64,000 nucleotides of DNA from Pseudomonas aeruginosa PAO1 (lineage in GTDB: Bacteria; Pseudomonadota; Gammaproteobacteria; Pseudomonadales; Pseudomonadaceae), in assembly GCF_000006765.1 (NCBI RefSeq), contig NC_002516.2; one strand, given 5' to 3'. The notes below the pieces were generated by a model. That model did no database searches. It had not been told where the DNA came from and saw only the letters and a list, made by a program, of their open reading frames with translations. A program made the translations under genes and the position numbers. This document shows, in pieces, positions 60,681-64,000 of this stretch (position 1 is its first letter; the number at the start of each line of letters is the position of its first letter).

Positions 60681-61499
60681 TCAGTATCCGGCGGTGTCGT
60701 AGTCCACTTCGAAGACGACGTCGTCGACCCGCGAGATCCCCGTTTCCAGGCGCCCGTCGTCGTGCAGGCGCAACCAGCGGTAGCCCGGCGCCAGGCGGTC
60801 GAGGGTGAAGTCGCTGCTGCCGGGAGCGAACTGTACGCAGGTGGACGGCGAAGCCAGCAGGCGCAGCGGGCCGCGCTGGCGGTCGAACTCCTGGTGAATG
60901 TGCCCCCACAGCAGGCAGCGTACCTGCGGATAGGGCGCCAGCAGGTCGAACAGCGCCTGCGGGTTGCGCAGGCCGATGGGATCCATCCAGTCGCTGCCGA
61001 TCGGCACCGGGTGGTGATGGAAGGAAACCAGCAGGAAGCGTTCGCCGGCGCTGTCGATGGCGCGCCGCAGCAGCTCCAGCTGATCCTCCTCGAGATAGCC
61101 CGGCACCGCGCCGGGAATGCTCGAGTCGAGCAACACCACGCGCCAGTTGCCGACGTCGACGACCTGCTCCAACAGGTCGCTGCCCTCGGTCGCCCGTTGC
61201 ATCGGCTCGCGTTCGTCGTGGTTACCGGCGAACCAGCGCAACGGCGCGTCCAGGGGGGCGCTCAACCTGCGGAAGCGTGTGTAGGAATCGAGGCTGCCGT
61301 CCTGGGAGACGTCGCCGGTGGCGAGAATCAGGTCGATCCGCGGCTGCTCCCGGGCGACCCGCTCGACCACCTTCTCCAGGCTATGGGCGGTATCCATGCC
61401 AAGCAGGCGCGCGCCATCCTCGGCGAACAGGTGGCTGTCCGAGAGCTGCACCAGCAGTACGGAGGCGTCGGTGGCGGGAGTGTTCGAATGGCGTGACAA
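60681..61499 (-). CDS. cpdA: cAMP phosphodiesterase CpdA (TTG start)
   Basis: SDSH, TGDVSQD, GNHD, HHHP, GHIHQ metallophosphoesterase motifs. AGGAG SD before TTG 61499, 272 aa. Confidence 0.96.
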   Translation of the reverse strand: MSRHSNTPATDASVLLVQLSDSHLFAEDGARLLGMDTAHSLEKVVERVAREQPRIDLILATGDVSQDGSLDSYTRFRRLSAPLDAPLRWFAGNHDEREPMQRATEGSDLLEQVVDVGNWRVVLLDSSIPGAVPGYLEEDQLELLRRAIDSAGERFLLVSFHHHPVPIGSDWMDPIGLRNPQALFDLLAPYPQVRCLLWGHIHQEFDRQRGPLRLLASPSTCVQFAPGSSDFTLDRLAPGYRWLRLHDDGRLETGISRVDDVVFEVDYDTAGY

Positions 61500-61577
61500 G
61501 GGGCCGTCTCCTGAAGGCGAGGCGTCCGCGGTGAAAGGGATGATTATGGTGACCGACGAAAGTGGCGGCAAACCCGG

Positions 61578-61597
61578 AAAGCGGAACAGATCACAGT
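61578..61597. promoter_or_regulatory. Probable Vfr (CRP-like) site upstream of cpdA
   Basis: AGCGG-AACAGA-TCACA, with a perfect TCACA half-site and AGA before it. Left half is degenerate. Confidence 0.55.
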
Positions 61598-61652
61598 TGC
61601 GAGGACTACTTTTGGCTTGATGTCATTCAACTGGCCTTTTGCCTGCAACCGC

Positions 61653-62111
61653 TCAGCGCTGGGCCACCGGCTCCATTTCGTGGCCGCAGGCCAGGCAATG
61701 GGCGAGCCACTCGCCGAGGAACAGGTTGAGCTGGTTCTTCTCGTCGGGCTGGTGCATCGCCTGGTTCGGGTAGGGATAGATCGCCATCAGCCGCCGCGCC
61801 TGTTCGGCGCCGATCACCTCGGCCATCCGCGCATCGTGGTAGACCCGCACTTCCAGCCGCGGCGCCGGCAACCAGGGCAGGCCCAGTTCCTGGCGCACCT
61901 GAAGGGTGGTGGTGTAGGGGCAGGCCTCGGTCACTTCCAGCGCAAGTACGCCGAGCAGCCGCTCCCCTTCGCTCAGCGCGACCCGGCGCGAGGCCTGCGC
62001 CTCGCGCATGTCCGGGAGCAGGCGCATGAGCCGCGCGTAGTTCGCTTCGCAGGTCGCCTGCAGGCTGGCCAGGTCGACCCGGTAGCGCTCGCGCAGCAGG
62101 TTCAGGCCCAT
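61653..62111 (-). CDS. yqiB: DUF1249 protein (YqiB-like)
   Basis: CEANYARL, PYTTTL, VYHDARMAEV, YPNQAMHQPDEK.QLN.FL.EWL. Confidence 0.88.
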   Translation of the reverse strand: MGLNLLRERYRVDLASLQATCEANYARLMRLLPDMREAQASRRVALSEGERLLGVLALEVTEACPYTTTLQVRQELGLPWLPAPRLEVRVYHDARMAEVIGAEQARRLMAIYPYPNQAMHQPDEKNQLNLFLGEWLAHCLACGHEMEPVAQR

Positions 62112-62719
62112 AGCCCACGCACCTCGGCCCGGTTCAGGGCCAGCCACTGCAGGGCGATGATGCTCGCCGCGTTGTTGATCCGCCCGTCGCGCACGGCCTG
62201 CAGCGCATCTTCCAACGGCCAGACGTGGACGCGGATGTCCTCGCCCTCCTCCGGCAAGCCATGCACGCCGCCGACGCCTTCGCTGTCGCAACGGCCGACG
62301 AACAGGTGCACCACTTCGTCGGTGCCGCCCGGCGACGGCAGGTACTGGGTTATCGGCCAGAGCGCACCGAGAGTCAGCCCGGCCTCCTCCATCGCCTCGC
62401 GATGGGCCACTTCCTCCGGTTGCTCGTCCTTGTCGATCAGGCCGGCGACCAGCTCCAGCAGCCAGGGGTTGGCGAGCTTCTGCATCGCCCCGACGCGGAA
62501 TTGCTCGATGAGCACCACGCAATCGCGCTGCGGGTCGTAGGGCAGCACGCAGACCGCGTCATGGCGGACGAACAGTTCCCGACTGATTTCCCGGCCCATG
62601 CTGCCGTCGAACTGGCGATGCCGCAGGCGCAGGCGATCGAGACGATAGAAGCCACGGAAGCATTCCTCGCGCTGCACGAGTTCGACGTCACCGGGGGCGG
62701 GTTTGAAGGTTTCGGACAT
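62102..62719 (-). CDS. aspP: ADP-ribose pyrophosphatase (Nudix, NudF/AspP)
   Basis: EQFRVG, Nudix box GLIDKDEQPEEVAHREAMEEAG, SPGGTDE, EGEDI. Confidence 0.92.
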   Translation of the reverse strand: MSETFKPAPGDVELVQREECFRGFYRLDRLRLRHRQFDGSMGREISRELFVRHDAVCVLPYDPQRDCVVLIEQFRVGAMQKLANPWLLELVAGLIDKDEQPEEVAHREAMEEAGLTLGALWPITQYLPSPGGTDEVVHLFVGRCDSEGVGGVHGLPEEGEDIRVHVWPLEDALQAVRDGRINNAASIIALQWLALNRAEVRGLWA

Positions 62720-62961
62720 CCTCGACTCACTTCACTCGGGTATGTGGGTTTCGCGCCATCCTATCGCGGCCCGGCGCAGGGCGCAGCCACTTTCAGGACA
62801 GCTCGGGAAAACTTCGTGGCGCTCGCCGCACGGGCGTGTTTCCCGGCCACGGCTAGGCCATACTTGGGGTTTGCGCGGGCCGAACTCAAGCGCGACGCCA
62901 GGGTCGAAACGGACTGGTCGACGCTTCGAGCCCGCCCATCCACCGTCGCAAAAGGAATCCC

Positions 62962-63708
62962 ATGCGCCTTCTGAAATTCGCCGCCCTCGGCAGCCTGGTC
63001 GTTCTGCTGAGCGCCTGCCAGAGCCTCTTCAAGCCCGGCCTCGACGACCCGCTGCCCACCGAGCGCCTCGCCAGCGAGCACCTGAAGCCCGGCTGTCAGG
63101 GCGAACAGTGTCCCTTGGTAAACATCGACACCTTGAAGTTCCCCGACGAACCGCAGTTGGACCCGATCGTCGAGCGCGCCCTGCTGGAAATGACCCGGGA
63201 AAACAACGAAACGCCCCTGCCGGCATCGCTGGCGGCCTACGAGCGGCAGTTCCTGGACAGCGCCGAGCCGGGCTGGAGCAGCTACCTGCAAGCCAAGGTG
63301 CGCGAACAACATGACGGTCTGGTGATCATCGAGCTTTCCAGCTACCTGTTCACCGGCGGCGCCCACGGCATGCCCGGTCGCGGCTTCATCAACTACGACC
63401 GCAGGCAGCACAAGGTGCTGAGCCTGCAGGACATGCTGGTTCCCGGCCAGGAAGAAGCCTTCTGGAAACAGGCCGAGCTGGCGCACAAGGCCTGGCTGCT
63501 GGCCAACAAGCTCGACCAGGACGCCGATTTCCAGAAGACCTGGCCGTTCCAGCGCACCCCGCACGTGGCATTGACCTTCGGCGCGGTGACGCTGAAGTAC
63601 GACGCCTACTCCATCGCGCCGTATTCCTATGCCCACCCCGAACTGAAGATCCCGTATCCGCGCCTGAACGGCATCGTCAAGCCGAACCTGTTCCCCGGCC
63701 GCGGCTGA
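62962..63708 (+). CDS. Lipoprotein of DUF3298/RsiV-PdaC-like family
   Basis: Lipobox LLSAC, YLFTGGAHG, VLSLQDML, YSIAPYS motifs. Confidence 0.7.
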   Translation: MRLLKFAALGSLVVLLSACQSLFKPGLDDPLPTERLASEHLKPGCQGEQCPLVNIDTLKFPDEPQLDPIVERALLEMTRENNETPLPASLAAYERQFLDSAEPGWSSYLQAKVREQHDGLVIIELSSYLFTGGAHGMPGRGFINYDRRQHKVLSLQDMLVPGQEEAFWKQAELAHKAWLLANKLDQDADFQKTWPFQRTPHVALTFGAVTLKYDAYSIAPYSYAHPELKIPYPRLNGIVKPNLFPGRG

Positions 63709-63726
63709 CGCTTCCGACGCTCCGCA

Positions 63727-63748
63727 GCCCCTCGTCACGGCGAGGGGC
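63727..63748. terminator. Hairpin between convergent lipoprotein gene and thiC
   Basis: GCCCCTCG-tcacgg-CGAGGGGC, no clear U-tract. Confidence 0.45.
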
Positions 63749-63761
63749 CCCGTGGCGCGGC

Positions 63762-64000
<239 letters not shown>

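Noticed and set aside
60550-60909. Long upstream extension of the yqiA ORF (likewise for yqiB, motA, hfq, amiB, azu)
   Set aside because: The extensions overlap neighbouring genes or promoters. Family motifs begin at the downstream starts chosen.

Overview
High-GC core-genome window of Pseudomonas aeruginosa. Gene order matches, from recall, the PAO1 interval of about PA4918-PA4973. It runs from the NAD salvage genes (partial pncA, pncB1, nadE) through choE, azu, a LOG protein, nlpCS and an MscS channel. Next come an ATP-grasp/transglutaminase pair, a YgiQ radical SAM gene, nicD, alr, dnaB, the rpsF-rpsR-rplI operon, rlmB, rnr and two identical tRNA-Leu(CAG) genes. These are followed by purA, hisZ, the nnr-tsaE-amiB-mutL-miaA-hfq-hflXKC superoperon, queG, orn, rsgA, motAB, an HDOD protein, rhdA, psd, fimW, fimX and serB. 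The end holds a YtjB-family membrane protein, the aspP-yqiB-cpdA-yqiA-parE...parC cluster and the 3' end of thiC. I see no integrase, IS, prophage, CRISPR array, frameshift or foreign-looking segment, so there is no accessory island here. The best leads are uncharacterised core genes and cis-elements: (1) a YtjB-HAMP protein whose C-terminus looks like a catalytically dead class III nucleotidyl cyclase, coupled to a metal hydrolase; (2) the circularly permuted ATP-grasp/alpha-E plus transglutaminase module; (3) an HDOD-GAF-like gene back to back with motA; (4) a perfect 18-bp LacI/PtxS-like palindrome; (5) a duplicated hairpin-tRNA-terminator cassette. Gene names come from recognising the translated sequences and domain calls from motif reading by eye. 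No database search was run.
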